A stretch of 63,953 nt of DNA, the filler included, from Chiloscyllium plagiosum (Eukaryota), in assembly GCF_004010195.1 (NCBI RefSeq). It is 3 parts of one record of this genome, joined end to end, with 100 filler letters (N's around TTAATTAATTAA, not from the genome) between each part and the next. Parts side by side here need not be neighbours in the genome. Positions count along the whole stretch, not along the records: positions 1 to 19,262 come from NC_057713.1; positions 19,363 to 49,449 come from NC_057713.1; 1 more part is not named here. One strand, 5' to 3'. This document shows, piece by piece, positions 12,401 to 25,614 of the stretch; the stretch's first letter is position 1; each line of letters starts with the position of its first letter. The position numbers and the translations under genes were made by a program. The notes beneath the pieces are model-generated. The model had not been told where the DNA came from. It made no database searches and saw nothing but the letters and a program-made list of their open reading frames with translations.

Positions 12401-14799
12401 TGGGTGGGGTGGATGGGGACTAGATGGGGATAGAATTAATTGCCAGGGAATGGAGTTTGTGACAAAGAATGAAGACAACAGCATTGATCAATTGGAAAAG
12501 ATGTTTTGCTCATTCAATACTGAATGTTAGTTAATTGTCCAAACAGTCCAAATTATGAAAAATCAGAATCAGCTGAGTTGCCAAGGCAGGAGAGGTAGAA
12601 CTGAACATTATCACTGTATGTACAGAAACTGAATTTGTGCCTGAAGATAAATTCCACCAAAGGTCAGTGTACAGATGAGAAATATCAGGGGCAATTGGTG
12701 AAATTAATTATAACATTGCAGAGGGGTGGATTGCTTGAACCCCCCTCCCCACTGGTGAGCTGGAAGATCAGAAAGAAGCCTATTTTGAAGCCACAATACA
12801 TTGCAAGCTGACTAAAGCACCTAATTGTGGAAATTCCACCCCTCTTTGGGGAGAAAATACCAACCCCAGGAGTTGCCATCCAATTGGATAGGCCAGCAGT
12901 TCCAACAATACCATGAACTCACCTGTGAGCACTGCTGGAACTGCAGGCAGGCCCAGAAAGAAAACAGCATGGATCCTGGTGTGAAGTGTTGGCTGGAGGA
13001 TGATTTGAAAAGCTTGGGATTTTGAGGGAGATGGGGTGTTTGGAGGTGGGCTTTTAAAAGCAGTGTCTCAATGTGTTACCCCTGATAATAATACCCCACC
13101 TTTCTTCTCGCCATTTTATAAACCCTTTAAAAGGACTGCCTATCCCAACAGCTTTCAACCAGTTCATTTGACTCTTAATTGTTTAATTACATTTGGTGGA
13201 CGTATTGCTAATTCAAGGACACCTCCACCCATGAACTCCCTCTTCCCCGACACGGGTTGAGTTTGAAGGTAGATCAGAAGGAGGTAGTAGGAAGGGCTGA
13301 ACAATTAGCCTGTGTTACACGCCTATCTGCTGAAAATACATGTAATGGCGGGGTGTAGTATCCAGTCCAACAACACAGGAGTGAGAAGAGGAGTCAAGCT
13401 AGTTTTTTTTGTGCAGAGGTAGTGAATGCAAGTCAGTTGTGAGCCCACTTCTCTCCAATGAGGAAGATGTCTGGGATGGGCAGACTTATTTATTGGGAGC
13501 ACTCCCTTGGGCTTGAACAAGAGTGACTAGTGCCTGCATGCAGGCTATCAAGGTAAACTGGTGCCTTAATCTCATGGTATGAGACCCTGCTGCTTCTGAT
13601 AAAATCTTTATAGCAATGGGAAGAGACAGTTAAGTGGCAATATAAGAGCCTCAATAGGCCAACAGGCAGGCTTACTACTTGCCATCTATTCCACTGCAGG
13701 TAATATTCCAATGGCCAGAGGAAGTCATTGGGGATGGCCCATGACATCCTTCCTGATACTCTGATTCCTCCACTTTCTAAGTCTCAAGACGGAAAGGGTT
13801 GTAAAATTTGGTCTGATACTGCAGATGATTCTCTGGCTACTATGATTTGGGTAAGAATGTAACCAGAAAAAGAGTCTTGTCCAGCTGGGCAATTCAGAAG
13901 AGACATTGAAAGAAAATACCTGCTCAATGGAGTTGAAGACTCCATGCAAGTCAACAAGGAAGATGTGTGATAGTTCACCTCAACCTCAGTAATGATAACT
14001 TTGAGAATAATTTCAATACTTTGGTAAAGCAGGGAAGAAAGGGAGATTGCAAACAGAACAATAACTTACAAGGACGAACGGTAAAGCAATCTGATGTAAA
14101 GTCACAGACTTGAAGTGTTAACTATGCTTCCTTTTCCCAGTTATTGCTTAAGCTGATGAGTATTTATGACATCTTCAGATTTTATTTCAAATTTCCAGTA
14201 TTCACAGTGTTTTGCTCCTGCATTGAGATAACAACAGGTATTTTGTTCAGGACAGAAAGAAATGATCATTCAAAGTAGAAGTTGGTACAATTAATAGAAA
14301 GCCCATTGAAGAGAGGTTAGCAACCTGTTGGGTGAAAATAAGGTCAAGGGAGCAGGAGGTGGGTCCTATAGACAGGAAAAATCTCGGATAAAGTTCAATG
14401 AAGATAGAAAATAATCCAGAGATTGATACGAGATAAGGACGGTCAATTACATATCCACCTTGATGCTATCCACTTTAATTTTAACAAATTTATCCTTTAT
14501 TACAGTTAAAAATATTTAATATTATCCTTGCTGTTCTCAATTGTTTTCTTTGTCGTGCTGTCCTACAGTTGACTACTCACTATGTGACACTATGGCAAGG
14601 TCCTTCACATGACTACAAGCTAGGTGACGTGTTTGTATAGCATTGTATTTCTTTCTCAAATATCTCCTTTCATGCATTATCATTTACATCATGATTTTCC
14701 TAAGTTACCTACTATTCTCACTGCTGTTCTCATGCATTAGCAGTTTGTTATTCTCATCAGTTTCTGCAAAAGTATGAGACAGTCAGTATTTGAACCATT

Positions 14800-16000
14800 C
14801 CAGTATTTTAGTGGTACCTGTATGTCTTGTTGATGGCTGTTCACCTGGATGATGTTTTCTCTCTGGAGTGTGTTATGTTGTTGTTATTATAGTACCCGTA
14901 GTTGCCTTCCTGATCAGACATCTGTGGTGAAGGCATAGCTTTCCTAATTATATGTAAGTGCTTGCAGTTGTGATGGTCTGCCAACAGTTCACTTTCATCG
15001 TATGTGATCAAGCTGATGACTGCTGCATACAGATCTCAAGTTTCCACTTGAGCTAACATTTGTTGAGAGCATTGGAGGTTTGTACCCTGACTGGCTTTCC
15101 AACATTCAATTGTTGATGGCACATGTGCCAAATGGAAATTGGCTTTCTGCCATTTCAGTTTGATTTTGTCACTATCTCTGGTTTTAGTGGCTTTTCTGTT
15201 GTTGAAAGTGCAGCTTGGATGTGGTGTGCCATTACTCTTTGTTTTGGGCAACTTTCCAGTTTACTGGGGAGGTCATGGAGTCGATGTTGGTATTGAATTT
15301 CCAATCCTTTGTGAAACAGCTGAATTCTTCACTCGTGAACTCAGGGCCTTTGCCACTCATCACAATGTTGTAATGATTAAAGCATGCTTTGATGCATTCC
15401 ACATCTCACCAGCTGACATTAAAATCAGCTGGTCTACCTCGAGTAGTCAGAATAATAGTCCATAGCAACAAGATAATCAGCCTCTGTGAGGATGAAGAGT
15501 TTATTCCCAGCATCATGATCCATTTGAAATTCTCGTGTCAACAGTGGCCCTCCAACTTACTTAGCTTGGTATTCATTATAAGCATTGCACTGGCTGATGT
15601 GACTCTTGAATTCAATGCTCGTGTTTGGCCATTACAGGACTTGTCTTTCTCAACTCAACTCAATTTCTTGGTGACTTGCATGGATACACTTTAGCATCTC
15701 TCTTTTCAAATCCTTAAGGATAATGACTATAGTCTTTGTACAAATGACATTTTGGGCTGTCAATTCATTGCTGCATTACGCTCTTATGATCATTGGAGAA
15801 CCTTAAGATTTTCAAAACTTCTTGCAAAACATGGAGAATTGCACTTGGTCAGATAGTTTACTTGATTTGAGTAAGGCACCTGTCTGTTAGATACGATGTC
15901 TCTGCTGGGTTAATGACTTCCAGAACATGTTGAGCTGTTGCTTCAAATTAAATGTGGGCAATTTCATATTCTATTGTAGCATCTTCTAATTATTCACCAA
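14800..16000 (-). mobile_element. degenerate Gypsy-type LTR retrotransposon pol (integrase) relic
   Basis: Minus strand near 15300-15365 reads VMSGKGPEFTSEEFSCFTKDW (SDNGPQF motif), followed by a decayed TSP..PQ..GK motif; boundaries approximate. Confidence 0.7.
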
Positions 16001-16154
16001 GAATTCTGCTCTTGCTTTTTAATTAACTCTGTTATAATTGTTTAGCTTTGGCATTGTTCGTGGAAAACTGCCAGTTCTGTTCCATATCACCTTTTATTTT
16101 GACGAGCACCAGGAGGTGTGACGATACTGCCTCTTTAACAAGGTTATAATAGAA

Positions 16155-16375
16155 ATATAGAATCCCTACAGTGTGGAAACAGCCATTTGGCCCAATAAGT
16201 CCACACCAACCCTCCAAAGAGTATCCCACGTAGACCCATGCCCCTACCCTATTATTTTACATTTTCCCTGATTAATGCACCTTAACTACACATCCCTGAA
16301 CACTGGACATATTAGCATGGCCAATTCACCTAACTTGCGCATCATGGGACTGTGGGAGAAAACCGGAGGGCACAC
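16155..16375 (-). mobile_element. HE1-type SINE
   Basis: Reverse complement of the SINE 3' half. Confidence 0.85.
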
Positions 16376-16384
16376 GCACAGTTA

Positions 16385-16572
16385 ATTTAAATTCTGTTTT
16401 CTTTTGTTCGTATTTCAACCGTACTGTGTAAATAAATTGTTTTGCTTGCAGCTGAGTGGTTTGACCCGCTGCATCACTCCTGGAATATTCACTTTACATT
16501 TTAAAAAATAAAAGTTTGGGTCTGGGCTACCTTCTTAAAATATTATGAGCGGGTCTGGCCCAGTCCATAACA
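16385..16572 (+). mobile_element. LTR-like 3' end fragment
   Basis: AATAAA signals, terminating in ...ggcccagtccataaCA. Confidence 0.45.
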
Positions 16573-16715
16573 GAAGGGCTCACCTGATTTCTGCTTTAGG
16601 TCTTGAAGTTCATTGTGTTGATTCCTATATTTGGCTTTGACTAGAAGGGTGTGATGAAATTTTTGAAAATTTTTGACTTGGTATTTTTAGCTTTATTCAG
16701 TTCCCAACCAGTATA

Positions 16716-16935
16716 TTCTCCCTGTGTCTGCGTGGGTTTCCTGTGGGTGCTCCGGTTTCCTCCCACAGTCCAAAACTGTGCAGGTTAGGTGAACTAGTCA
16801 TGCTAAATTGCCCATAGTGGTAGGTGCATTAGTCGGGGGAAATGGGTCTGGGTGGGTTACTCTTCGGAGGGTCAGTGTGGACTGGTTGGGCCAAAGGGCT
16901 TGTTTCCACACTGTAGGGAATGTAATCTAATCTAT
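16716..16935 (+). mobile_element. HE1-type SINE, 5'-truncated
   Basis: Core plus (TCTAA)n tail. Confidence 0.87.
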
Positions 16936-17639
16936 ATAAGTGTTTATACACCTTTCTTCATGCCCACAAAAGTATGTCCATGTTCTTTATATTTTAGAGC
17001 AGCACAAAAATCTCAGAGAGTTCTCAGGTTGAGACATTGCTTCAGTGGGAGCCAAAGGAAATTCAATATGCACAGAGATGAGGATAGACAGAACTTGGTG
17101 TGAAGATATGGACAGCAGAGGTTTGGATAATCTTAGTTTTATAGAAGTTGGGAGCTGGGAAACTGATAATTAATTGCATTGCAATATTCAATTCTAAGCT
17201 AATACAGGCAAGCATGGGAGTATCAGTAGCAGATGAGCTGAGACTGGACAGAGTCAGATAATTAAACCATAAACAGATTGGAGTTAGTACATGTGATAAT
17301 TCTGATAATCATTCAGGATCAAAACATTGGTACTTGGGAGAAGTGAACTGTGTTGAAACTTTCTTCTGAAAGGAAACTGAATGTGTACTTGCAAAATTAA
17401 AACCTACAGGGATTAGGTCTATTGGATATCAGAGTCAGCACAAGTTCAAAGAAATGATTGACCTTTTTCTCTGTTGGGTGATTCTGTGATGCTTGGGCAT
17501 ATCCCTTGTAATAGGGCAGCAATAAATCATGTTATTTTACACTCCTTTATGACATCCTGGTTACTTTAAGTCTTAAAGTGATGGGAAGAACTTTGATTTT
17601 ATTTCTACACAATAAATGTAAATGGTTTACTTTGCAGAG

Positions 17640-19112
17640 TGTTACAACCAGGTGAAGAGGAGGAACTTGTTTTTTTCTTTTTTCCCCACTTCTTTCCTGT
17701 AACAAGTTTTCAAATTAAGAACAGGGCACTGTTTTGTGAATACAGAACATTCTAGGCTGATGTACTCGGTAAGAAATAATCCAGACCAGTATCCGTGATA
17801 AGAGTTAGGTTTATTGCTAAAATCTATTAAGATTACAAGTACAAAAAGAGTTTAAAAATCTACAAATATGCCCCACTTCTTACTAATGCTTGTAAACATA
17901 CACAATTGCCAAGTCTACAAAAGGAAATACAACTTTACAGAGTATAGGATGATCAACCTAAGTTAAAAATGCAAATTTTTAAAAATCAATAATGATTCAC
18001 TCAATGCACAGATACGGTTTCTTTAACTGAAGTGCTGGTTTGAAGTTGTGGCTGACATGTCTATTTTCATTACTGTTGAATTCCAATGGTTTTCCAAAGA
18101 GGTTTTATCTGCTGAAATAATGTAATCAAGCATTTATTTCTTGACAAAACAGTGTTCAAACGCTAGATGGTGTATCAAAGACAGATGGAAGGTTTGATGC
18201 CTCACTGGGGTATTGTGCTGAACGCCAAGTGTCGTTATTCATGGAATCATCGCAAAAGTTAAAGATTCTAAAAAAGTACATTAAATTCCCCAATTTACCA
18301 GTCCTTTATAGCTAGGTTGCCAGAAAGCAAGAACCAGGTTTTCATACTTAACAAAAATAACTATTCATTACAAATAAATAGATTTTAGCCACAGATAAAT
18401 AATAATAAACTATCAACACATAACTCTACTTAAAGCTCTTGCGCCCCTCATAAATATCTTTCTCTGCACACATACAGTCAAAGGGAAAAAATATTGATGC
18501 GATGGGCAGAGGAAATGAGTGGGATGCAGTTTAATGGTCTCCTTTTCACCAAGTTCACTGAAATGGTCCTTTTCGGTTTTCGGGATGTGTGGCTCCTTGA
18601 TTCTTCTTCTCCAGCTACATTTACTTTCTTGTAGAAGGTGTAGGGTGGCTAGTTCACAATTACAGTATAAAGCTCTTGGGCTTAATGGTTAAGCTTACAG
18701 CAATTTTTGAGGGCAAAATAAAATGGCTTTCTTTCAGCTTAAGATCACTTTTACTGGAGAGAAAAGAACCAGTGCTTGCTCTTTCAGACAGCTGGTGGCT
18801 TCTCCTACACATTCACGCCCCTTAACCTACTCAACTACCTGGTAGCCAATATCATAGTCACTGGCAATCAGAAGCCATGTTCATTGATAATTAGTCACTA
18901 CTCCACAAACCATTTAGCTATTTGTTGCTGGCCAAACTTTCATTTGTACACAGCCCACCTGGCCCCAGCTAATCTTTAAACAGGCTTCCCCTACTTGAAT
19001 AAGAGATGGCCAGCTTGACATTTGAATAATAACATATCTTTGCAGGATAGACCAAAACATATGGAGAAAAACAAAAGGTTTATCCTAGTATATCTTTATA
19101 AAAAAGGTCACA
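17640..19112. mobile_element. solo-LTR-like element, possibly composite
   Basis: TGTTAC...GTCACA termini with a 4-bp TSD AGAG (17636-17639, 19113-19116). Confidence 0.55.
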
Positions 19113-19134
19113 AGAGGGTGCTATCACATTGTTT

Positions 19135-19262
19135 TGGATTAGTGGTGCTGGAAAAGCACAACAGTTCAGGCAGCATTCAAGGAGCTTCGAAATCGACATT
19201 TCGGGCAAAAGCCCTTCATCAGAATAAAGGCAGTGAGCCTGAAGCGTGGAGAGATAAGCTAG
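19135..19262 (-). mobile_element. PLE terminal segment with hammerhead core, cut by gap
   Basis: Same sequence as 33097-33229 and 63745-63877; core CTGATGA-A-GGGC-tttt-GCCC-GAAAT-GTC. Confidence 0.85.
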
Positions 19263-19362
19263 NNNNNNNNNNNNNNNNNNNNNNNNNNNNNNNNNNNNNN
19301 NNNNNNTTAATTAATTAANNNNNNNNNNNNNNNNNNNNNNNNNNNNNNNNNNNNNNNNNNNN
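19263..19362. other. artificial scaffold linker 44N-TTAATTAATTAA-44N
   Basis: Exactly 100 bp; the 12-mer gives stops in all six frames; identical to the linker at 49450. Confidence 0.97.
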
Positions 19363-20174
19363 GTGGGTGTTTGCACTCCCTTTTTGATTTCCTTAAAAAC
19401 CTTCTCCTCTGTTTTTGGCTGCACTTCAGTCCCACGCTCCTGATCTTTGGGCACCCGGTACGGAGGAAGGAGGGCAGGTCTGAAGACCTCCTCGTGGGTC
19501 TGCTCCTGGGCCTGAGGCAGCGGGCCGTGGAGGGGGTCGTTAGGGCCGACTGCTTGCCCCTCTTCCGCGGTTATGTTAGAGCCCGGGTGTCCTTGGAGAA
19601 GGAGCACGCGGTGTCGACCAACACCCTGGAGTTGTTCAGGGAGAGGTGGGCGCCGCAGGGAGTGGAGTGCATCATTCTCCCTCCAACTCTATTTTGATTT
19701 AGTCCCTACCCTCCCCTTCACTGTTTTGATCACACAGCACTGCCCTTTGATGTAAAGGGCAGTGTTTGTCACTGGCCACCCGGCTTGTCACTGGCCACCC
19801 AGGTGTTTTCCTATCTTCCTGGTGGTGGAATTTGAATAAAGATTTGTGCACTTTGTATCCTTCACTGTGTCTCACACAAAAATAGAAAAACAGGTGTGCT
19901 CCCCTTCACTGTTTTGATCACACAGCACTGCCCTTTGATGTGAAGGGCAGCGTTTGTCACTGGCCACCCGGGTGTTTTCCTATCTTCCTGGTGGTGGAAA
20001 TTGAATAAAGATTCGTGCACTTTGTGTCTTTCACTGTGTCTCACACTTGCACACACACACCATGGGTGCTGGGAAAAAAATAAGCACTACCGTACTTAGG
20101 TGGTAGTGTGGGGGTTTAAAAAAAAAAGGAAAAAGAAAAAAAAAGACAAAATAAATAAAAAAATAATTAAAAAA
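19363..20174 (+). mobile_element. Tx1/L1-clade LINE 3' end, copy 1, with duplicated 3' UTR
   Basis: HFSPTLLIFG...CLPLFRGYVRARVSLEKEHAVSTNTLELFRERWAP; A-rich tail; 3' UTR duplicated (about 19711-19877 and 19899-20046). Confidence 0.85.
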
Positions 20175-20300
20175 AAGAACAGGAGTGTTCAGTGGTGAAG
20201 GACTCTCCATTTTGTGTTAGGACTGACTCTGAACTGCCTGGACCACACAGTCAGTGTATTTTTTACTGCTGCTGTGTAAGAAACAGAAGAACAGGAGTGT

Positions 20301-21170
20301 TGCCCACTGTCCACCACTTTTCCCTGATCCACCGACCCGAGCTGCCTTGGCATGCCCATTTGCCACCAGGTAGTGGGGATCCCCAGTGGAATGCTCTCTA
20401 TACCGGAGTCCTTCCCCTTTCACTCGGGGAACTGGGGTGGAGGATGCTGTACATAGAGGTCCCCTGCAACTGCTGATTGCGGTGGTTCACGGACTCCCAG
20501 CCCAACTGCTTGTTCTGAGGTGTTGTGGAGTCCGTGGACCATGTATATATTGGGTGTGGGCACTTGCACTCCCTTTTTGATTTTCTTAAAAACCTTCTTC
20601 TCTGTTTCTTGTTGCACTTCAGTCCCACGCTCCTGATCTTTGGGCACCCGGTACGGAGGAGGGAGGGCAGGTCAGAGTGCATCCTCGTGGGTCTGCTCCT
20701 GGGCCTTGCCAAACTGGCAATAAACAGGTCCAGGCAGCGGGCCGTGGAGGGGGTCATTATGGCCGATTGCCTGCCCCTCTTCCATCGTTACCTTCGAGCC
20801 CGGGTGTCCCTGGAGAAGGAGCACACAGTGTCCACCAACACCCTTGAGCTGTTCAGTGAGAGGTGGGCACTGCAAGGAGTGGAGTGTATTACTTCCCCCT
20901 CCAACTCTATTTTGATTTAACCCCTGCCCTCCCCTTTACTTTTTTGATCACGCAGCATTGCACTTTGTTGAGAAGGGCACTGCTTGTTACTGGCCACTCT
21001 GGTGTTTCCTTTCTTCCTGGTGGTGGAATAAAATAAAGATTTACACACTTGTTGTTCTTCACTGTATCCTACACCTGCACACACATGACATGGGTGCTGA
21101 GGAAAACATAAGCACTACTGCTGTTAGGTGATAGTGTGGGGGAAGAAAAAAAAGTAAAAAGAAAGAAAAA
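20301..21170 (+). mobile_element. Tx1/L1-clade LINE 3' end, copy 2, with 14-bp TSD
   Basis: Zn-knuckle remnant (C..C...ESVDHVYIGC), GLLLGLAKLAINRSR; A-rich tail; AAGAACAGGAGTGT at 20287-20300 and 21171-21184. Confidence 0.88.
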
Positions 21171-21305
21171 AAGAACAGGAGTGTCAGGCATCCTGTTCGC
21201 GCTGAGAGCTGGCTCTGAGGGAGCTGGATCAGCATTGAGAACTCTCTACTTGTAAATAAAGGGTGACTTGGTGACAGGATGCTGGCCTTGGTAGAGTTGT
21301 TTCTG
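21171..21305 (+). mobile_element. LTR-like 3' half (target of the Tx1 insertion)
   Basis: ctgagagctggctctgagggagctggatcag...gtaaataaagggtgacttggtga; R/U5-like with polyA signal; recognised from memory of shark LTRs. Confidence 0.5.
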
Positions 21306-22062
21306 AATTGACTCCAGTATTCCTGCCCTTCTAGAGCCACCATTACCCCAACAAAATCCTGCTCAGTGTATGGTTTGAGATTGCCAAACCTGCCAACTCC
21401 TATTTCCTCTCCTGGGCTTGCTTTCTCTTTTTGACAGAGTTAAGATCCACCACCATTGTGCTTAGCTTTAGTTTCAGGCTCTACCACAAAAGACAGCATT
21501 ACATATGTTCACTCCAGCAAACTGCACATTCACATTTCAGACAGAAGTGAGAATATGAGCATGCAAGTTAAGAGCAGGTACAGGCTATTCAGCCCCTCTT
21601 TACTGCTCCATCCTTTAAGAAGATCATGCCTGATCAGATTATGGCCTCAAATCTATACTCTTGCTAATTCCCAGTTGATGGGTGTGGAATAGATCTTCAT
21701 GGTCCTTTTTTGCTCATCTACATTTAACAGATAGAAATTTTGTTCCTGTGTTCACCAGCCTTTCATCTCACCGCAGATGAAATTCAATAAAGGTATTATT
21801 GTGATCTCGCGAACACAGGAACAGAAAACACTAGATAACGTGAGCATATGCAAAGTAAATGAAATTTTACTTTCAGTCTGACACGTAATAGAACATCTTC
21901 AGAAAAATTATGGTGATATGAATTCTCGCTCAACATCCAAAATTAAGCATGGTAGACCTGACAAATTAATTTTTATCTTTTACCATTTATAATAAGTCTT
22001 TAATACATTTTATGACTAATATTGGTGTACTTTTTAAAATTGCAATAGCCTTTTCTTTGTAT

Positions 22063-22410
22063 GGGGGGAGTAGTGGCTCAGTGGTTAGCCATTGCTACCT
22101 CACAGCACCGGGGATCAGGGTTTGGTTCCATCCTCAGGCGACTGTGTGGAGTTTGCACATTCTCCCCATGTCTGCATGAGTTTCTGCTGGGTGCTCCGGT
22201 TTCCTCCCACAGTCCAAAGATACGCAGGTTAGGTGGACTGGCCGTGCTAAATTATTCGCAGTGTTAAGGGATGTTGGCTAGGTGGATTAGCCATAGTTAA
22301 TGTTGTGGGGATAGGTGGGAGAGTGGATTTGGGTCGGATACTCTTCAGAGGATTGTTGCAGACTGAATGGGCCGAATGGCCTCTTTCTGGACCCTAGGGA
22401 GTCTATGAAT
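22063..22410 (+). mobile_element. HE1-type SINE
   Basis: Full head, core and CR1-derived tail. Confidence 0.88.
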
Positions 22411-22872
22411 CCTTGGAAGAACTAACTTTAATCTAGAAGTTGCTATATGTCCCTGATATTTGTTTTAGTGCAATTTTTAAATGAAAGCGAGAATGTCGGA
22501 GGATAATTTGTGACCAGCAATTCTCCTCAACTGTTTTCTTACAAGGTTAATAAATGTACCACCATCCAATGTGTCCTTGCCTGTCCCATGTTGCCTGTTC
22601 AATTCTAATTCCAACAATTAATAAATTAATTAAATGTTTAATTTAAGTTTCAACACAAGGATCTGTTCTGAACTGTCAGCACTGAGATCAGTTATATCCT
22701 CTTATCGTCAACTAGAAAACTAATCCTTTTCACAGAGAACTTTACTTGCCTTCCCTTCCACAAATTCTGTGTTAAAAACCATCTGTCACAAGACAAACTG
22801 GAACCTTACATCATCAGCAATTAGCTTGTTTTTAACCCCCTCCACGGCCCGCTGCCTGGACCTGTTTATGGC

Positions 22873-23135
22873 AGCAGTGCTAACCACTGTGCCACCGTGC
22901 CGCACAGCGCCAGAGACCCGGGTTCATTTCCCGCCTCAGGCGACTGACTGTGTGGAGTTTGCCACAGTCCAAAGATGTACAGGTCAGGTGATTTGGCCAT
23001 GCTAAATTGCCCTTAGTGTTAGGTAAGGGGTAAATGTAGGGGTATGGGTGGGTTGCGCTTCGGTGGGGCAGTGTGGACTTGTTGGGCCGAAGGGCCTGTT
23101 TCCACATTGTAAGTAATCTAATCTAATCTAATCTA
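22873..23135 (+). mobile_element. HE1-type SINE with inverted 5' head
   Basis: 22873-22901 is the reverse complement of the SINE head; the rest is forward; (TCTAA)n tail. Confidence 0.85.
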
Positions 23136-23455
23136 ATTTTCAAAAGCTGATTGGAGGCAGACGTTCGCAGGTAAAGGGACGGCTGGAAAATAGGAAGCCT
23201 TCAGAAATGAAATAACAAGAATCCAGAGAAAGTATATTCCTGTCAGGGTGAAAGGGAAGGCTGGTAGGTATAGGGAATGCTGGATGACTAAAGAAATTGA
23301 GGGTTTGGTTAAGAAAAAGAAGGAAGCATAAGTCAGGTATAGACAGGATAGATCGAGTGAATCATTAGAAGAGTAGAAAGAAAGTAGGAGTATACTTAAG
23401 AGGGAAATCAGGAAGGCAAAACGGGGACATGAGATAGCTTTGGCAAATAGAATTA
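23136..23455 (+). mobile_element. CR1 LINE internal ORF2 fragment
   Basis: Plus strand reads WMTKEIEGLVKKKKEA...LKREIRKAKRGHEIALANRI, the CR1 ORF2 linker. Confidence 0.8.
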
Positions 23456-24171
23456 CATTTCTTCCCCTTAATCTCATGTGCCATTCTGCATTGAAGAGAC
23501 AGCCAGACTGCTGACCTGTTCCCAGTGTTGTAACGACTTCACAGTAACAGGTTAACAGTGTCAGATTTTGTCATCTTCCCTGTAAAGAAATAGTTCTGAG
23601 GGAGTGAACAGAAATTAGAAACTAACTTTGTGGATTCACAGAGGTTAGAGCATCTGGGAGACCTTCATTATTAATTAGGCGACATAAATCAGAATTTATT
23701 CAGAGTCAATTAAATGAATCAGTTACTGATCACACAGAAAATTTATACCTACACTGGGTGAACATATGGAGCAAAACGAAATCTATATTTCTGCAAGTCT
23801 CAATCTGCAGTTCCAAAGTAACGTAATTTCTTTCTTCAGAAGTAGAATCTAACCAGAACCAAAATATTAACTGTATTTCTCACCACAGATGCTGCTGTAT
23901 CTTGGCTTTCTCCAGCACAGTCTGTGTTTGCAGCAAAATGATTAACAGAGACTGGATCAGATATTGACACATGATCCAGTCAGAGAGAGGACAATAATGG
24001 ATGAGGAATGGAGTTAGTGGCCTGAAAGTTACAGCAAAACACATGAATGAGACAAATTATTAACTTGAACGAGGAGGGGAAGCAATTCACAAAGTGAGAG
24101 AGAGCAGGAATCAGGGCTATGGTTGTGTCACTGTCAGAATTACTCCAGACCAATTGTTAGAACTGCTTTAG

Positions 24172-25058
24172 TCTATTAGTAAGTTTGCAGATGACACCAA
24201 AATTGGAGGTGTAGTAGACAGCAAAGAGGGTTACCTCAGATTACAACAGGATCTGGACCAGATGGGCCAATGGGCTGAGAAGTGGCACATGGAGTTTAAT
24301 TCAGATAAATGCGAGGTGCTGCATTTTGGGAAAGCACATCTTAGCAGGACTTATATACTTAATAGTAAGGTACTAGAGAGTGTTGCTGAGCAAAGAGACC
24401 TTGGGGTGCAGGTTCATAGCTCCTTGAAAGTGGAGTCGCAGGTAAATAGGATAGTGAAGAAGGCATTTGGTATGCTTTCCTTTATTGGTCAGAGTATTGA
24501 GTACAGGACATTTGTTAGAAAACAACATGCAATTCTGGTCTCCTTCCAATCGGAAAGATGATGTGAAATTTGAAAGGGTTCAGAAAAGATTTACAAGATA
24601 TTGCCAGGGTTGGAAGATCTGAGCTACAGGGAGAGGATGAACAGGCTGGGGTTGTTTTCCCTGGAGTGTCGGAGGCTGAGGGGTGACCTTATAGAGGTTT
24701 ACAAAATTATGAGGGGCATGGATAGGATAAATAGACAAAGTCTTTTCCCTGGGGTTGGGGAGTCCAGACCTAGAGGGCATAGGTTTAGGGTGATGGGGAA
24801 AGATATAAAAGAGACCTAATGGGCAACTTTTTCACACACAGGGTGGTACTTGTATGGAATGAGCTGCCAGAGGATGTGGTGGAAGCTGATACAATTGCAA
24901 CATTTAAGAGGCATTTGGATGGGTATATGAATGGGAAGGGTTTGGAGGGATATGGGCCAGGTGCTGGCAGGTGGGATTAGATTGGGTTGGGATATCTGGT
25001 TGGCATGGACGGGTTGGACCAAAGGGTGTGTTTCCATGCTGTACATCTCTATGACTCT
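24172..25058 (+). mobile_element. CR1/HER1 LINE 3' part (RT)
   Basis: SKFADDTK, WAEKWHMEFNSDKCEVLHFG, RRLRGDLIEVYKIMRG. Confidence 0.93.
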
Positions 25059-25614
25059 AATTAGACTTTATAAATGTTTCAAAATAGTTATAATAAAGTT
25101 TAAATAGTGCAAAGAATCTCATTGTTACACTTTCAAACCATGACAAATATCACACAGCTTTTGAACACAGTTTCATGATACAAATGTGTGCACAAGGAGT
25201 GAATTGAGAAATAATAAAAAAAAACTAAGGTACTATTATTTTAAAGTTAAATAATTTTTAAAAAAACAAGCTGAACTATGCAAATGGAAATCAAGCATTT
25301 AAATACCTCTAACTGCATACAGTCTTAATTTCAACATTGAAGCCTATTTTCATGAAATTGTTTTCTTATGAGATAAAGTTATGTGGAAACCAGTATAAAT
25401 ACTATCAGTTAACAGTGATATCAACTTACACAAACGTACTGCAAGAATGGAGCTGTCCAGGTACCAAGATCCAAATTGGATTTCTCCATAACAGAACAGC
25501 TTTTGATCAGAACACTTGGCAAAGGACTATGTGAGTAAACTCTGAGATTAAAAAAAACATGGCTTAATTGCACATTAAAGAACAATTATCTTCCATTCAT
25601 ATTGCATCATTAGG

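Noticed and set aside
13320..13980. Several overlapping minus-strand ORFs
   Set aside because: No motif I can assign; probably a decayed retroelement.
19307..19318. TTAATTAATTAA islands inside N runs (also 49494-49505)
   Set aside because: Artificial six-frame-stop scaffold linker; identical 44-12-44 layout twice.
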